Assembly (NCBI RefSeq): GCF_004010195.1
Contig: NC_057718.1
Location: 68,372,425 to 68,436,400 of the forward strand
Length of the DNA stretch: 63,976 bases
Reading direction: 5' to 3'
Source: Chiloscyllium plagiosum
Lineage: Eukaryota
Under the pieces are notes generated by a model, which was not told the origin of the DNA, did not search any database, and saw nothing but the letters and a program-made list of their open reading frames with translations. A program made the translations under genes and the position numbers. Positions 61,303 through 63,976 of this stretch are shown one piece after another (position 1 is the first letter of the stretch; every line of letters begins with the position of its first letter).

Positions 61303-63289
61303 CTATATAAAGAAGGTTTTGAAAGGTTAGCTAGACATCGTCAGATACAATTCAATTCTGATACATGACATGCAGTGAAATTCTTACAGAAATCTTATTT
61401 CTTTGCTAGACAACCTCTTGTTCTGCTTATGTTAGATATTTTATCATGTGATGTGTTATTTCACTATCAAAATTGAGTTATGGTTATCTGACTGTTCCTT
61501 TGTGAATTGCCATAAATGGATGCATATAGACATCATTTAGAGAGTAATTGTTCTGATGTAGAATATTAGGTATTTGCAAATCTTTGGGCACCCCACCCAA
61601 AAAAAGCTGCAATATGCATTTATTTTGGGGGGGGAACGAGGGGATTGTGGCATGAAATTGAGGTATAACTCAATTAGGATTGATTCTTGGCACAGCAATT
61701 TAACTGAGCTTAGTCACTTCAAGGAAAGGCTCTTGTGACCAAGTGTAGTGTTCCTGCTTCTGAGCCAGTAGTCATAGATCGAAGTCCCATTTTCTTCACA
61801 GACATGTAATAACCTCTCTGAATTGTTGATTAGGTAAATATCTAGCCTATCCAAGTGTAATATAAAGAATTGCACGTCTTAAAGTAAGATACATTTTAAA
61901 TTCACGTAACACCTGCCCTAATAATGTGCCTGAGACAGGCATTTTGCAGTTATTACTTTTTATTGTTGGTGTGTAGTGAATGAAAACTGCCTCAGATCTA
62001 TTTATTCAATCACTAATGTGAATCAAAGTGAAAGCTTTCATCCATTCATTTGGAAGGATTCAAACTTAAAACATAGAGGGATATAACAACAACCAATTGT
62101 TTCGAAATTGAACAAGACAAAAATCCGTTTCATAAATAGTTGGATGCGTAGCTATTTCAAGGATTCCCTCTGGCTACCTCATCGTGCTCTAGGGATGTGA
62201 TGATTCCAAGTGTGTTTCCAAACATCATGGGTTATGTTTCCAGTTATTTCAGCAAGTCACAAGGAATTGACAAAACAATGCTTTGTATTTATTTCTGCAT
62301 GGTTTATCTGAACATAACTTCAGGGCCTTGACGTATTCTTAAAACAAAAGTAACATTTTGTTTCATTTTTTTTAAAAATGAAGCTTGTCCTTCAAATTTC
62401 CTTATTTTCAATGTGAGGTTCAAAAACTAAATTTAGAAAGTGATAGAAAAATATTTAGAATCCTTTCTGTTATGTGATACAGCCTGAATATGTTTAAAAG
62501 GGCTATCTGATCAGATATCTGTAAAAGTAATTTTGTCTTTGAATGAAAATAAAAGTGCGTTGAAGACTATATATTGATAAACCTGGCAGTTAAATGTGGC
62601 AGGTGTTTGGGCGCTTTATCCACATAGGTACTTATCTACTTTCTCTACATATAATTTAGCCCAGACGTTCTGCCATAATTTATAGAATTGCTTTCTTTTT
62701 GAACTTTCAAAGTAATTAAAAACGCAGTGTTAAAATAGCTCAGTCATCCATCTAAGTTCATCTGTACAGAAATATCCAATGGTTGACTGCTGCAATATCC
62801 AGTAACTCATGAGCCCCACTGACTATCCACAAGTATCTTTTTATGTCTGAAGAAGAACTTGCTGATATCTGATCTAAATTTGCCTTTCATTGTTATGAGT
62901 CTATATACTTTTCTCCTATTTTCACTTTAGTTTGAAGTAATGATCTGGATCCAGCTATTCATAATGTTATTCATACAATCTCCTTTGAATCATCTGAAAT
63001 TTATGTGTTCTTCATTCTTCAAACTTCTGTTATGGCTGTTGTCTGAATAAGCTCACCCTGGATCAAAAGTACCTCCCCACGTATTAAAAGCTAGAAATAG
63101 ACGTAGTTCTTATCAATTGTAGTCTAACTAGAATATTTTACAATTTAAACATGGTTTCCTCTGACCTTGAGAGTTTTGTTTTTATAGTTCAGCATTTTCT
63201 TTGATGAGATGACAACTTGGATGAACAGAAAGACATAGAAAGGGATAGAACATTCAGCCTGTTTAGCTTGCTTTGCTGTTCAGTTTGAC

Positions 63290-63976
63290 CATGACACTGT
63301 TATCCTTTACTGTGAAAGGAATTGAATTTAAAAATAAAGGATTTCTGCTTCAGTTAGATGACTGTGGTGAGATCACAATTTGAATACGGTGTGCAGTTTC
63401 AGTCTCTTTATTTAAGAAATTGTATAAATATGTTGGAGGCAGTTCAGGGGAGGTTTATGAGATTAGAATAAGCGTGTTGTCATATGAGGAGTGGTTGGAT
63501 AGGATGGGCTCCAAACTAGAGTTTAGAAGTGAAATAATTGCACAGAAGTCACTATCCCATCACCCAGTCACCCTTTATTTACTTGTTCATAGTACACTGG
63601 CTGCGGCCAGCCAGCTCAGAATCAGTCACCTGAACTGAGGAGATTCTCATCCCCTGGTTATTTTTTTAATATCCCCTGGTTATATTAATCAGGCATGGCT
63701 GATTTGCCCAGGTTAACAAGCCCAATCAATGACCTTCTCAACAAGGTCAACCTGATTCCAATCATACAAGAAGCTATAGGGGTGACTTGATTGAAGTATT
63801 TAGGATCCTGAACGGTCTTGGACAAGATGAATGTGGAAAGGATATTACCTTTTGCAGCTAAGCCCAGAACTAGGGAACTTCAGGGTACAGGTTAGTCTGT
63901 TAGACGATTATATAAGTTTGCAACTCTCTGCGACAGAAGGTGGAGGTGGTAGAGCCTCTGAATATTTTGAAGACAA
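63290..63976 (+). mobile_element. Degenerate CR1 3' fragment
   Basis: EYGVQFQSLYLR. SYEEWLDRMG..EFR|..GDLIEVFRILNGL rejoins across the LTR. Confidence 0.78.
63530..63768 (-). mobile_element. Solo LTR (239 bp) inserted in CR1
   Basis: TG...CA termini, 5-bp TSD agaag (63525-63529 / 63769-63773), AATAAA on the minus strand. Confidence 0.75.

Noticed and set aside
56787..63976. Further ZDHHC14 exons (DHHC-CRD)
   Set aside because: I found no DHHC or LKYC-type segment with splice sites. Exon 1 and exon 3 probably lie outside the window or in a gap.
1..63976. Strand bias of intact hammerheads away from the ZDHHC14 sense strand
   Set aside because: Complete cores occur on both strands (three dispersed on each, plus the tandem triplet on minus), which is too few to claim selection.

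Overview
Eukaryotic, repeat-dense genomic DNA from a cartilaginous fish. HE1-type tRNA SINEs and shark-type CR1s are present; a bamboo/carpet shark is my guess and is not proven. The window has three N-gaps and no prokaryotic features. The only host coding exon I can support is a 161-bp internal exon at 56626-56786 (+) matching exon 2 of the palmitoyltransferase ZDHHC14, so the rest is probably introns 1 and 2 of that gene. The introns are filled with CR1 LINEs (one near full length at 52039-56340), Rex1/Babar and L2-like LINE remnants, HE1 and Deu-type SINEs, a solo LTR and a decayed GalEa-like Ty1/copia element (35410-39885). The most striking signal is about 25 Penelope-like element (PLE) derivatives from four families. 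Their termini carry minimal hammerhead ribozyme cores (CUGANGA...GAAA). Many are short fold-back (hairpin) insertions with clear 12-16 bp target-site duplications, and the fold point sits at the ribozyme. One copy has three tandem 34-bp hammerhead units. All family assignments come from motif recognition by eye, with no database searches. Repeat boundaries without a stated TSD are approximate.
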